From the NCBI GenBank assembly GCA_043798435.1, contig JAZDOR010000047.1:1-37932 (forward strand): a DNA stretch of 37,932 nt, given 5' to 3'. The DNA comes from a bacterium. GTDB taxonomy: Bacteria; UBA9089; UBA9088; JAGUXG01. The first letter of the stretch is position 1; every line of letters begins with the position of its first letter. This document shows, piece after piece, positions 17,805 to 27,609 of the stretch. Below the pieces are notes generated by a model, which was not told where the DNA came from, made no database searches, and saw only the letters and a list, made by a program, of their open reading frames with translations. A program made the position numbers and the translations under genes.

Positions 17805-17854
17805 AATTTTCCTCTAATAATATGATTTTATCAAGGATTTGTAAAGGAAAATTT

Positions 17855-18769
17855 TTATTCTACCATTTCAGAGACCCAAACAAGCTCATATCCTTTCTCA
17901 GTGAGCTTTGGAATCTCGCTTTTTAAGAATTCAATAGTTGACTTTTTGGTGATATGACCAATAGCAATTGCCTCTCCGTCCTTTCTTGCTCTCGAAAGCA
18001 GAAGCTCAAACTGCTTTGCCACATATTCCTGATTGTCCTCATTGTCCAAAAAGACCTTTCTTATACCTGTCCTGAGTCCCATCTTCCTTGCTATTTTTGC
18101 CGCACAGCTCTTTTCTGTAGTAATACTATCAATAAAGTAAAGCCCTTTTTCCTTTACCTCAGAAAGTGTAGCCTCCATTGTCTTTACATCTGCTGTTGCC
18201 TTAGAACCCATATGATTATTTACACCTGAAATATATGGAATTGCTTTTATTGCGGATCTCACATCTTCTCGTATCTCATCTTCTTTCATATTCACTAAGA
18301 TTGTCCCTTTTAGCTTAGTTGGTTGGTTTGCCTCCATAGGAAGGTGAAGCATTACCTCACCGTTATGCTCCTTGACCACCTCTGCTGTCTTTTTTGAGTA
18401 ACTAAGGAATGGAAAGATAGCAACTGTAATGGGCCAGCCCTTTTCCACTAATTCTAAAGCTCCTCCAGAAAGTGAATATCCTGCATCATCAAGGATTATG
18501 GCAATTCTTTTTGTTTTTCCAACCCTTGGAACATGCTTTTCTGCGGAAACTACCTCAAGTGGTTTAACTGTCTCTTTTTCTTTCCGCTTTTTTTCAATCC
18601 GCTCTTCGCTCTTCGCAATCCGCGATTCCTTAAATACTGGGGTCCTAATCTCCCTGATAATCTCCTGATAAGAGTTTATTACCCAGTATAAACTAACCAA
18701 CCAACCACCTATAATTATAAAAAGCCCGAAAAAGAGCAAAAACCAACCCTTATCTTTTTTCCTTCTCAT
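17855..18769 (-). CDS. Divergent polysaccharide deacetylase (YibQ family), membrane anchored
   Basis: N-terminal TM helix; IAIILDDAG, EVMLHLPME, GVNNHMGS, FIDS, VFLDN, AIAIGH. Confidence 0.9.
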   Translation of the reverse strand: MRRKKDKGWFLLFFGLFIIIGGWLVSLYWVINSYQEIIREIRTPVFKESRIAKSEERIEKKRKEKETVKPLEVVSAEKHVPRVGKTKRIAIILDDAGYSLSGGALELVEKGWPITVAIFPFLSYSKKTAEVVKEHNGEVMLHLPMEANQPTKLKGTILVNMKEDEIREDVRSAIKAIPYISGVNNHMGSKATADVKTMEATLSEVKEKGLYFIDSITTEKSCAAKIARKMGLRTGIRKVFLDNEDNQEYVAKQFELLLSRARKDGEAIAIGHITKKSTIEFLKSEIPKLTEKGYELVWVSEMVE

Positions 18770-18791
18770 ACAATAAATTTACCATTCAAAA

Positions 18792-18922
18792 GACAGAGAA
18801 TACAGAGAAATTCAATGTAAAATTAGCAATGCAAAACTATCAATGCAAATTTTTGAAATGCTAATTGCTAATTTTGCATTTTACATTGAGTTATCTCCTA
18901 ATAACTCTGTGCCTCTGTGGTG
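18792..18922. repeat. CACAGAG palindrome with nested AATGCAA-heptamer palindrome
   Basis: GACAGAGAATACAGAGA [AATTCAATGTAAAATTAGCAATGCAAAA ... TTGCTAATTTTGCATTTTACATTGAGTT] CTCTGTGCCTCTGTGG. Confidence 0.8.
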
Positions 18923-18932
18923 AATATTTGTG

Positions 18933-20150
18933 TTATTCAAACTCTTCAGACGCTTCTGCTGCCTTTCTGGCTACAATAACCGTCAGTGCCTGAATCACCT
19001 TTGGGTCGTGTTGTTTTCCGGCATTCTTTCTTAGCTCATCTAAGGCTACCTCTGGAGTTATCTTTCTTCTGTATGGCCTTTCTGAGGTCATAGCACAAAA
19101 GGCATCGCAGGCAGCGATTATTCTTGCTCCAAGGGGAATCTCGTTTCCTTTGAGCTTATCAGGATACCCTGTGCCATTAAACCTTTCGTGGTGGTTTCTT
19201 ATATATGAAAGCCCATTAGAGAGAAAAGAGACTGGCGAGGTTATATACTCAGACCTTATGGCATGGCTTTTTATCAGCTCAAACTCCTCATCATTCAGGA
19301 TATCAGGTTTATTGAACATAGACTCAGGAATCCCAACCCTGCCCACATCATAGATAAGGGCAGCCTTCTCTATAATCTCTGCCTCTTTTTCCAAAAGACC
19401 AAACTCTCCAGCCACTTTTGCTGAAAGCTCTGCCACCCTCTCTGAATGCCCGCGAATATAAGGATCCTGGGACTCCCTTACCTTAACCATAGCTATCAGC
19501 ATTCGGTAGTAGTTTTCTTCAAGGTTCTGAATGAGAAAGTCGCTCTCTTTGAACTCCCTGTGAAAGAAATCCTCTTTTAATTTTAACTCATCTCTCAGCC
19601 TTCTTATGGCAAAATTAGCCTTTTTCTCTGCATCCTTATGCAACCTCTCCTTTTCCTTTTGTGTCGCAGCCAAACCGCCTACAGCAAGCCCCAATATAGT
19701 GCTTCGCAAAAACCATAAGATTATAGCCTCAGATGGAGCCATCATAGAATGTATTGGGGAATCTATCAGCAAAAACTTCTCTAAGAAAACTGCTACGGTA
19801 TAAGCAGAAAAGGAGAAAATAAGCGTTTTATATGGAGAGGCATCAAGAAAGATGGCACAAGATATAGGCAGAAGATAGAGAAGAAAGAGATGGCTTTCTA
19901 TTCCACCTGTGTAAACAACCAGGCATGTGATGATGAAGAGGTCTAAAAGGATAAGAGGAAAAGATAAGTCTTTTTTGGGTTTGATGAGGCTAAGTAAGAG
20001 GTTTGAGCCAAGAACCAAAGAAAATAGAACCAGCCAGAGACCAAGATATGATCTCACCTCTGGAACAAAAACAAGGGCTGAAACCAAAAGAAGGGAATAG
20101 AATAAAATCCCCATCCACCGTATTTTTACAATTTTTCTTGTTTTATCCAT
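18933..20150 (-). CDS. Membrane HD-GYP domain protein with a degenerate HD motif
   Basis: Several TM helices, coiled coil, GHSERVA, IYDVGRVG (HD replaced by YD), HHERFNGTGYP. Confidence 0.85.
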   Translation of the reverse strand: MDKTRKIVKIRWMGILFYSLLLVSALVFVPEVRSYLGLWLVLFSLVLGSNLLLSLIKPKKDLSFPLILLDLFIITCLVVYTGGIESHLFLLYLLPISCAIFLDASPYKTLIFSFSAYTVAVFLEKFLLIDSPIHSMMAPSEAIILWFLRSTILGLAVGGLAATQKEKERLHKDAEKKANFAIRRLRDELKLKEDFFHREFKESDFLIQNLEENYYRMLIAMVKVRESQDPYIRGHSERVAELSAKVAGEFGLLEKEAEIIEKAALIYDVGRVGIPESMFNKPDILNDEEFELIKSHAIRSEYITSPVSFLSNGLSYIRNHHERFNGTGYPDKLKGNEIPLGARIIAACDAFCAMTSERPYRRKITPEVALDELRKNAGKQHDPKVIQALTVIVARKAAEASEEFE

Positions 20151-20162
20151 CTGTTAATAGTG

Positions 20163-20255
20163 TATGGTTTATGGTTTATGGTTTATAGTTTATGGTTTAT
20201 GGTTTATGGTTTATAGTTTATAGACTATCAACTATAAACTATCAACTATAGACTA
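20163..20255. repeat. TTTATGG/TTTATAG-heptamer palindrome
   Basis: About 9 units of TTTAT(G/A)G followed by ACTATCAACTATAAACTATCAACTATAGACTAT, which includes the DUF1015 stop codon. Confidence 0.85.
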
Positions 20256-21400
20256 TACATCACCACCCCAGAGAAGGGCTTGGGAAAAAAGTAGGTTGCC
20301 TTTCCTGGCATATAAAGAGAGGCTCTTGCTACATCCATCACACCTTGAAACCCTGGTGGTCTGAGCAAAAACCCACAATAGAATTCGCCGCTTTCCACAC
20401 GAGAGAAGACCTCTCTGGCATCTTTGGTATATGCCACATCCTTCTCTTCTTCCTGACTATCAAAGATTACATTATGAAGTATCGCCACATCAACTTTTTT
20501 CAAAGGCTCAGTAAGATTAATCTCCTCTCCTTGTTTTAGGGTTAATATGTATGCCCCGTCCTTTTTTACCATACCAAAAATGCCTATGCCTTTTCTTTCT
20601 GAAAGAATGTTGAGAAGCTCCTCCTTTTTCACCTTCTCTCTTGAAAAGTCAGCAAGTCTCTCCTCTAATAAAGTATCTTTGAGGAGTCTATGTGCCGAAA
20701 GAATAATAAACCCTCCCATATCCTTTTCTAAAAGCATAGCCATCACGGGCTTTTTCAAGGCAAGGGCTGTCTCGTATCTATGATGTCCATCAGCAATAAA
20801 TAGCTGTTTCTTTGAAAGCTCACGAGAAAGCTTCTCCATATCCTCTTTAATCTGCCATAGCCTGCAAAATAGCCCCTTTTTATATTCAAACTGGATTTTG
20901 GGCGGACCAGATGGAGTAAGCCATCTTCCAATCTTTTTCTCTTCATCGCAGTAGACAAGAAATATGGGGCAGAAGTTTGTCTGGGTTTTCTTCAATAGCT
21001 CCAATTGATCCTTCTTTGGTGCGGCAAGTGTTCTTTCGTGAGGAAGAATCGTTTTTGCATAATATGGCTCAGCCTCAATAGACGCAATAATACCTGACAT
21101 TACCCCTTTTTCCCATTCCTGTTGATAGAGATAGAAAGAGGGGCTTTCCTCCTCTATCAAAACACCCTCTTTCTTCCATTTTGTCTGGAATTCCGCGGCA
21201 CGCGTATATCTATTATTCTCCTCTGTATCCTCTGGATAACCCTTTCCAAGTATGAGCCTGATGACATTACATTGGTGAGCCTGATAGAAAGCCTCTTGCT
21301 CTACACAAGAGATTATATCATAAGGAGGAGCCACAACAGAAGAGATATCAACCTTCTCCTGATTATAAAAAACGCCTCTAAACGGATGTATCTTTGCCAT
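20246..21400 (-). CDS. DUF1015-family protein
   Basis: IHPFRG, VAPPYDII, ILPHERTL, FIADGHHRYETAL, KATYFFPKPFSG. Confidence 0.9.
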   Translation of the reverse strand: MAKIHPFRGVFYNQEKVDISSVVAPPYDIISCVEQEAFYQAHQCNVIRLILGKGYPEDTEENNRYTRAAEFQTKWKKEGVLIEEESPSFYLYQQEWEKGVMSGIIASIEAEPYYAKTILPHERTLAAPKKDQLELLKKTQTNFCPIFLVYCDEEKKIGRWLTPSGPPKIQFEYKKGLFCRLWQIKEDMEKLSRELSKKQLFIADGHHRYETALALKKPVMAMLLEKDMGGFIILSAHRLLKDTLLEERLADFSREKVKKEELLNILSERKGIGIFGMVKKDGAYILTLKQGEEINLTEPLKKVDVAILHNVIFDSQEEEKDVAYTKDAREVFSRVESGEFYCGFLLRPPGFQGVMDVARASLYMPGKATYFFPKPFSGVVMYSL

Positions 21401-21403
21401 AGT

Positions 21404-21480
21404 AAATCGCGAATCTCGAGTCGTTGATCGCGAATTTATTTTTTTTCAATTTGCGATTCGCAATCCGCGATTCCAAATTT
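21404..21480. repeat. CGCGAAT-heptamer palindrome
   Basis: AAATCGCGAATCTCGAGTCGTTGATCGCGAA ... TTTGCGATTCGCAATCCGCGATTC. Confidence 0.75.
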
Positions 21481-21484
21481 CTTA

Positions 21485-22168
21485 TCATATCACTTCCCGT
21501 ATCAGCCTGAATGCCTCTGCGGCACTCTTTGCCACAACAAGACCATTCTTCTCGGAATATGTTTTTACAGCCTTAATAGACCTTGGATGTGGAAAGGGTC
21601 TCAATTCACTCTTGTATGCTTTCATAGCAGCTAATTTCTTTTTTAGTGTCTCTGAGATGTCAACATAGACATTTGGAAGGAATACAGCCTCAGGTAAGGG
21701 TGCATTCCACTCAGTAGACGAGGGTGTTTCATAGAGGAGAACCCTCTTTATCTGCCAGGAAATCCCGGGTCTTGTGGCAACCATTGTTGACTCAAAGACA
21801 AGTTTATGATCTTTGTTCACATCTCCCCAGTGATGCGTGTATAAAATATCTGGTTTTACCTCTTTAATACAACTCTCAATAGCACCGTTTAACTCTGTAT
21901 GAGCTATGGTATCAAGCTGCATATCAGGCAAGTCAAGGAAGAAGACCTCCTTTACCCCTAAAATTTTAGCCGACTCCTTTGCCTCTTTCTTTTTCTGATG
22001 GGTTATTTCAGCCAGCTTTTTTTCTCCTAAGTCTCTATACTGCTGACTGCATCCCTCAGTCACTATGCAAACAAAGGTTTCATCGCCAGCCTCTTTATGT
22101 CTGGCAAGGGTTCCGCCTACGCCATAGACCTCATCATCTGGATGAGCCGCCACAACCAACACTCGCAT
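21485..22168 (-). CDS. PIG-L/LmbE-family deacetylase
   Basis: VAAHPDDE, YTHHWGDVNKDH, YETPSSTEW, FPHPRS. Confidence 0.9.
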   Translation of the reverse strand: MRVLVVAAHPDDEVYGVGGTLARHKEAGDETFVCIVTEGCSQQYRDLGEKKLAEITHQKKKEAKESAKILGVKEVFFLDLPDMQLDTIAHTELNGAIESCIKEVKPDILYTHHWGDVNKDHKLVFESTMVATRPGISWQIKRVLLYETPSSTEWNAPLPEAVFLPNVYVDISETLKKKLAAMKAYKSELRPFPHPRSIKAVKTYSEKNGLVVAKSAAEAFRLIREVI

Positions 22169-22176
22169 ATTAAAGT

Positions 22177-22205
22177 ATTTTATGGAAAAAGAGTCTGTCT
22201 GTCAA
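22177..22205 (-). promoter_or_regulatory. sigma70 promoter directly upstream of the PIG-L start (leaderless-type)
   Basis: TTGACA (22205-22200), 17 bp, TAAAAT (22182-22177), 8 nt before the ATG; no Shine-Dalgarno. Confidence 0.65.
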
Positions 22206-22255
22206 GGGTTTTTGTAACTAAACACTCACAAAAATATCTGATAAAGGAAAAGGTC

Positions 22256-22284
22256 TTGACAAAATATTGCTTCCAGAGTATATT
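22256..22284 (+). promoter_or_regulatory. Candidate sigma70 promoter toward waaA
   Basis: TTGACA (22256-22261), 17 bp, TATATT (22279-22284). Confidence 0.5.
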
Positions 22285-22515
22285 TCAAGATATTTCTTTT
22301 AAGTAGCAAGAAATATAAGGTTCTGGCAGAGCCAGAACAAAAAAGAAAATTCCTATACTATTACTATTACTATCAAGATATTTTTTTGCAAGGAGCAAAA
22401 AAATATTTTGAGTTTGTTGATGACTATAGCACTTATTTAACCAACTCTATGACCGGATGGATCTCTTGACCCCTTGAACCCTTTTAAGCACATAAATTTA
22501 CTTCAGATGGGTAAA

Positions 22516-22669
22516 TATACCCAAACAAATCAGGCTTACCAAAAATTGTGTTCGTTTATGGTTCTGAGGTTCAAGGTTAGAGAATAAGAGGATTAACCGT
22601 GAACCTTGAACCCTTTAACCCCTGAACCTGAGTAGTTACTTTTTTGTAAACCAATTTCTTTTCGGTATA
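22516..22669. mobile_element. TA-duplicating MITE inserted in the terminal repeat of a GTAAC MITE
   Basis: TATACCCAAACAAATCAGG ... CCAATTTCTTTTCGGTATA; removing it with one TA restores CTTCAGATGGGTAAATAGTTAC; inverted copy at 27350..27510. Confidence 0.85.
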
Positions 22670-22696
22670 GTTACAAAGTTTTTAAAAGAGAAAAAG

Positions 22697-22981
22697 ATGA
22701 AGATTGAAGAAGTAAAAGGAATACGGTATTGCCCAAATTGTGAAAATAGGGGAAGGCACAGAGAAAATAAGCCTTCCTTAATCTCCTTGATATTAACATT
22801 ACTTTTTGCCATCCCTCTTATCATTACGCGGATGTTAGGGGTTTCAGGAAGAAGGAGGAGATACTCCGGGGGCTTTTGGGGATTTGGTAATGGCTTTGGT
22901 GGAGGTAGAGGATTTTCTGGTGGATTCGGTGGCTTTGGTGGAGGTTCCTCTGAAGGAGGGGAAACCTCAGGAAGTTGGTAA
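22697..22981 (+). pseudogene. Probable C-terminal remnant of a TPM-domain (YgcG-like) protein
   Basis: One TM helix followed by the Gly-rich tail GGFGGFGGGSSEGGETSGSW; no TPM domain; starts just after a MITE stack. Confidence 0.5.
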
Positions 22982-24172
22982 ATGTTAAACTGGCTTTATA
23001 ACCTTTTACTTCTCTTTTCAGCTATCCCATTTTTGCTCAAAAACTTCAGTCTGCAAAGGCTTGGTCTCTCTATTCCAAAGGTAAAGCCTGACATCTGGCT
23101 ACATATTGCCTCTATGGGAGAAATGGTCGGGGTTAAGCCGTTCCTTGATGAGGCAAGAAAATCAAACCTTTCCTTTGTCATCTCCTGTATGACCAAGACA
23201 GGTTATCAGACAGCAAAAGGGTTTAGAGAAGAGACATTCTATCTCCCCTTAGACTTCGGCTTCCTTATAAAAAGAACCATCAAAAAGCTTGAGCCAAAAA
23301 TGCTTATCATCTCTGAGACAGAGCTTTGGCCCAATCTGATAAGGTCTGCTAAAAAAATGGGCTGTTCGGTCGTCCTGATAAACGGAAGAATAACAGAAAA
23401 AAGCTACCGAAGGTATCAGCTACTCTCATCTTTGACAAAGGAGGTTCTCTCTTCTTTTGACCTTTTCCTTATGCAGTCGAGCCAAAATGCCGAGAGGATA
23501 AAAAAACTTGGCGCTTCTCCTGATAGGGTAAAGATCTCCGGAAATACAAAGTTTGATTGGTTGGCTTATGATCTCCCTTCTCTCAATATTGATTTTAGAG
23601 GTCTTCCTGTGGTAACATTCGGCTCTATCAGGGAGATGGAAGAGGAGGCTATCGTTTCTTGTTTTTCTAAGCTACGGCAAGCGAATCCGCAAGTAATTGG
23701 CATTATTGCCCCAAGGCACCTTGAAAGGGTAAAGGCAATCTCTGAAAGGCTGGTAGAAAAAAAGATTCCCTTTGTCAAAAGAACAGAGATGCCAACAGAA
23801 ATAGACCCAGGCTCTGTCCTCATTTTAGATACAATAGGTGAACTCAGGTCAGCCTATAAGTCTTCATCCCTTTCCTTTGTTGGAGGAACATTGGCAGACT
23901 ATGGTGGTCACAACCTTCTTGAGCCAGCCTTATTTGAAATACCTGTTCTCTTTGGCACTTATACCTCTCATTTTAAGGATGTAGCTATGGCGATGAAGAA
24001 GGAGAAAGCGGCAATTGAGGTGAGCAATGAAAAGGGGTTAGCAAAAAAGATGGTCTGGTTACTTTCTAATGAAGAAGAGCGACTTTTAATGGGAAAGAGA
24101 GCAAAAGAAGTGGCTCAAAAGTTTGTTGGTGCCTCAGCTCGGGTGTATCTTGAGATTAGTAAATATTTGTAA
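22982..24172 (+). CDS. waaA: 3-deoxy-D-manno-octulosonate (Kdo) transferase
   Basis: IWLHIASMGE, YLPLD, ETELWPNL, APRHLER, DTIGEL, GGHNLLEPA. Confidence 0.92.
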   Translation: MLNWLYNLLLLFSAIPFLLKNFSLQRLGLSIPKVKPDIWLHIASMGEMVGVKPFLDEARKSNLSFVISCMTKTGYQTAKGFREETFYLPLDFGFLIKRTIKKLEPKMLIISETELWPNLIRSAKKMGCSVVLINGRITEKSYRRYQLLSSLTKEVLSSFDLFLMQSSQNAERIKKLGASPDRVKISGNTKFDWLAYDLPSLNIDFRGLPVVTFGSIREMEEEAIVSCFSKLRQANPQVIGIIAPRHLERVKAISERLVEKKIPFVKRTEMPTEIDPGSVLILDTIGELRSAYKSSSLSFVGGTLADYGGHNLLEPALFEIPVLFGTYTSHFKDVAMAMKKEKAAIEVSNEKGLAKKMVWLLSNEEERLLMGKRAKEVAQKFVGASARVYLEISKYL

Positions 24173-24201
24173 CTATTCAGTTTAAGAAACCTCAGATTTT
24201 A

Positions 24202-24351
24202 GTAACACTTTACTCATCTGAAGAAGAAATTAACCGCAGAGCTCGCAGAGGGCACAGAGAAATAAAAACTTAAAATTTTGTAAATTCTCTGCGTTCTCAG
24301 CGTGCTCTGCGGTAAACAATTATCTTCTGCTTCACTTGGGTAAATGGTTAC
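24202..24351. mobile_element. GTAAC MITE (inverted copy of 12574..12726), 33 bp after an orphan GTAACTATTCAG end at 24169
   Basis: Perfect TSD AGATTTTA (24194-24201, 24352-24359). Confidence 0.9.
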
Positions 24352-24398
24352 AGATTTTACGGGCTTTCTGCAAAATTTGCAAAAGTTCAGTATTTATT

Positions 24399-25241
24399 CT
24401 ATTGTCTTTGGCTAACTAAGGTATCTACTACTGAAGGGTCAGCTAAGGTGCTGGTATCACCAATGTTAGAGATATCACCTTCAGCAATTTTACGGAGGAT
24501 TCTCCGCATTATCTTACCTGAACGCGTCTTTGGCAAGGTATCCGTAAACTGTATCTTATCTGGTGTGGCAATGGGACTGATCTCTTTACGCACACGGCCA
24601 ACCAAAGTTTTCTTTAAGGTATCCGATGGCTCAATTCCCTTCTTTAAGGTGACAAAGCAGTAAATGCCCTGTCCTTTAATATCATGGGGGAAACCTACTA
24701 CTGCTGCTTCTGCTACACTGCCTGAAGAGACTAATGCACTTTCTATCTCAGCAGTAGCCAAACGGTGCCCAGAAACATTAAACACATCATCAATCCTTCC
24801 CATTAACCAATAAAAACCATCCCCATCTATTCGACAACCATCACCAGTGAGATATTTACCAGGGAAGACTGAAAAATAAACCTTTTTGATTAGCTCATTC
24901 TTTGGGTCACCAAATACCCCACGAATCATTCCTGGCCAGGGCATGGTAATCATTAGAGAACCGCCTTCGTTGACACCGACAACAGTGCCATCCTGTCTTA
25001 AAATCTCAGGGACAACACCAAAGAACGGCTTTGAAGCAGAACCCGGTTTTGTTGGAGTAGCACCTGCAAGCGGTGTAATCAGTATGCCACCGGTCTCGGT
25101 CTGCCACCATGTATCTACCAGCGGACATCGTTCTTTACCAATAACTTTGTAGTACCACATCCATGCCTCAGGATTGATTGGTTCACCTACTGTTCCAAGG
25201 ACACGCAGACTGGAAAGGTCGTGTTTATTATTGTGGAACAT
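24399..25241 (-). pseudogene. acs: 3' fragment of acetyl-CoA synthetase
   Basis: Begins at [21 protein letters not shown]; contains [10 protein letters not shown] and [12 protein letters not shown]; the N-terminal half or more is absent. Confidence 0.85.
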
Positions 25242-25344
25242 CCGTTAAATATCGAGATATGCCTCGGTGTAAAAGCAGATCCGGGAAGTAGGAAGCGAAA
25301 GAGAGGGAGTATTTTATCTGTAACTGCTTGATATTAAAGGAGTT

Positions 25345-25386
25345 ATGTAAACTGTTTAGTTATTAATGTAAACTGTTTAGTTATTA
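25345..25386. repeat. 21-bp tandem duplication
   Basis: ATGTAAACTGTTTAGTTATTA x2. Confidence 0.85.
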
Positions 25387-25499
25387 ATGCAGAGGTTAAT
25401 TAGAAAAGTCTTAGTCTTGAGTCTCTTATTGTCTGGAGTTTAATGTTCTTGAGTCTTTGTAATTAGTGTCCAGATTTATGCGGTTAACTATAGTTGCCT

Positions 25500-25919
25500 T
25501 TATACCCCTTTTCTTGCCATAGCCTTGACCACATCAGAGATAGAGAGTATTCCAGCCGGAAAGAGTTTGGTCTTTTCGCCAACCTTCACCTCTTGCTGGA
25601 CAATAAGCCTATGGATGCTGTATATACCCATAAGCCTGACCGCCTCCCTTAAATTATCCTCTCTGTTGACAGTTATAGCCGGAGAGGTCATTATCTCCTT
25701 GACCGTTATCTTCTCTAAGTCGCCCTCCATATTACCGCTTACCACCCTGACCATATCAGCCTCAGAGAGAACACCAACTAATTCTCCATCAACAGAGGTG
25801 ACTGCCAAACCACTCACATCATTATCTACCAGCATCTCCACAGCTTCATAGATTGGAGCATCCTCTAAAATGGTAATCACGCCCCTTGTCATTATATCCT
25901 TAACCTTTAGTTCCTTCAT
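25500..25919 (-). CDS. Stand-alone CBS-pair protein
   Basis: VKDIMTRGVITI, GVLSEADM, VKEIMTSPAITV, GILSISDV. Confidence 0.9.
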   Translation of the reverse strand: MKELKVKDIMTRGVITILEDAPIYEAVEMLVDNDVSGLAVTSVDGELVGVLSEADMVRVVSGNMEGDLEKITVKEIMTSPAITVNREDNLREAVRLMGIYSIHRLIVQQEVKVGEKTKLFPAGILSISDVVKAMARKGV

Positions 25920-26081
25920 TGTTTATATCTCCTTAATTATTATTTTCTTGTCGTTCGATCTTTCTTGCTTCATAATTCCTCCTATCTTAATATAGAATCT
26001 TTTGAAAAAAATTGATTGAGTTCTTCTATAAATACCTTTTTTGGAGCTGAACTATAAAGTTAAGAATATCATCCTTTAATT

Positions 26082-26175
26082 TTTCGTGTTTTCGCTCTTT
26101 CGAGGTTTCGTGATTATATTTTATTTCTCCAAAGTCTCTAAAAACTAATTTTACTTCAGGTAGCTAAAGTGTTAC
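26082..26175. mobile_element. Truncated GTAAC MITE (right part only)
   Basis: TTTCGTGTTTTCGCTCTTTCGAGGTTTCGTGAT arm, then CTTCAGGTAGCTAAAGTGTTAC; the dxr C-terminus and stop are read from this end. Confidence 0.6.
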
Positions 26176-27310
26176 TATCCGATAAAAAACTTTTTGCCTT
26201 CTTTCTTGCCCATTTATCTGCCATCAGAATATCCTCTATATCTGGATTATCGGTCGCAAAATGAGTAGAGAGGACATCTTCTATCAGCTTTGGAATTATA
26301 GTAAATGAAATTTCTCCATTCAAGAAAGCCTCAACTGCCACCTCATCTGCAGCGTTCAAGACAGCAGGCATCGTGCCACCCTTTTCTATAGCGAAATATG
26401 CCAGAGAAAGACAGGGAAACCTATCTATATCAGGCTTCCTGAATGATAGCTTACCTACCTCTGTTAAGTCAAGTGGCTTTATAAGGTTTTTGCTTCTCTC
26501 TGGGTAGGTTAAGGCATAGGCTATGGGAAGCCGCATATCTGGATTGGATAGGCAGGCAATCACTGTGCCATCAGAAAATTCAACAGCAGAATGGAGGATA
26601 GCCTCGGGGTGGATAATCACCTCAATATTTTTGGGTTTGAGATTAAATAGTCTGACAGCCTCAATCACCTCCAAGCCTTTATTCATCAAGGTAGCAGAGT
26701 CTATAGTGATTCTCTTTCCCATCTTCCATCTTGGGTGAAAGAGAGCTTCATCTCGGGAAATATTCGTTAAGTCAGGTCTATCCAAAAATGGACCACCAGA
26801 GGCAGTAAGGATAATTCTTTTGGGATTTTTCCTACCTTGCAGGCACTGAAATATAGCCGAATGCTCACTATCCACAGGGATTATCTCTGCCCCACACTTT
26901 TTTGCTTCCTCCATCAAGATCTCCCCTGCCAGAATCATAGCCTCTTTGCTGGCAAGGGCTATCCTCTTTCCTGCTTTTATGGCTGTTAAGGTAGGAAGTA
27001 AGGATTCTGCGCCGCTTATGGCGACTAAAACTATATCTGCTTCATTTAAGCCAGCTACAGAAACGGAGGCGGATTCTCCAGTTATTACAGAAATATTTAT
27101 ATCAGCGAGGTTTTTTTTGAGTCGCTCTCCTTCTTGTTCTTCCGCCACTCCGACTATCTTTGGTGAGAATTCCCTTGCCTGAGCTTCAAGGAGCTTTATA
27201 TTCCTTTTAGCAGAAAGCCCAACCACAGAAAACTCAGGAAGCTCTCGTATCACAGAAAGGGCAGCCAGACCGATTGAACCTGTGGAACCGAGTATAGCTA
27301 CTTTTTTCAC
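26156..27310 (-). CDS. dxr: 1-deoxy-D-xylulose 5-phosphate reductoisomerase
   Basis: ILGSTGSIG, PVDSEHSAIFQ, LTASGGPF, IDSATLMNKGLEVIEA. Confidence 0.95.
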   Translation of the reverse strand: MKKVAILGSTGSIGLAALSVIRELPEFSVVGLSAKRNIKLLEAQAREFSPKIVGVAEEQEGERLKKNLADINISVITGESASVSVAGLNEADIVLVAISGAESLLPTLTAIKAGKRIALASKEAMILAGEILMEEAKKCGAEIIPVDSEHSAIFQCLQGRKNPKRIILTASGGPFLDRPDLTNISRDEALFHPRWKMGKRITIDSATLMNKGLEVIEAVRLFNLKPKNIEVIIHPEAILHSAVEFSDGTVIACLSNPDMRLPIAYALTYPERSKNLIKPLDLTEVGKLSFRKPDIDRFPCLSLAYFAIEKGGTMPAVLNAADEVAVEAFLNGEISFTIIPKLIEDVLSTHFATDNPDIEDILMADKWARKKAKSFLSDSNTLAT

Positions 27311-27349
27311 TTAAATTATAACTTTGGGAGACTTAGGAGGAATTCAATG

Positions 27350-27510
27350 TATACCGAAAAGAAATTGGTTTACAAAAAAGTAACTACTCAGGTTCAGGGG
27401 TTAAAGGGTTCAAGGTTCACGGTTAATCCTCTTATTCTCTAACCTTGAACCGTGAACCTCAGAACCATAAACGAACATAATTTTTTGCAAACCTGATTTG
27501 TTTGGGTATA
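27350..27510. mobile_element. TA-duplicating MITE inserted in an AATGCAA palindrome (27341..~27577)
   Basis: Removing it with one TA restores AATTCAATGTAAAATTAGCAATGCAAAA, identical to the uninterrupted copy at ~18809. Confidence 0.88.
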
Positions 27511-27609
27511 AAATTAGCAATGCAAAATTATCATCTTAAAATGATAATTGCTAATTTTGCATTTTGCAATGAGTTATTCTCTGTATCCCTAAAGGTAAAT
27601 AGCTATTTA

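Noticed and set aside
22320-22345. Hairpin GTTCTGGC-AGA-GCCAGAAC as an intrinsic terminator
   Set aside because: No U-tract follows the stem on either strand and no gene ends nearby.
11044-24392. 13-kb inversion or composite transposon bounded by the 19-bp inverted match
   Set aside because: The enclosed genes are housekeeping genes in mixed orientation, with no TSD or transposase.
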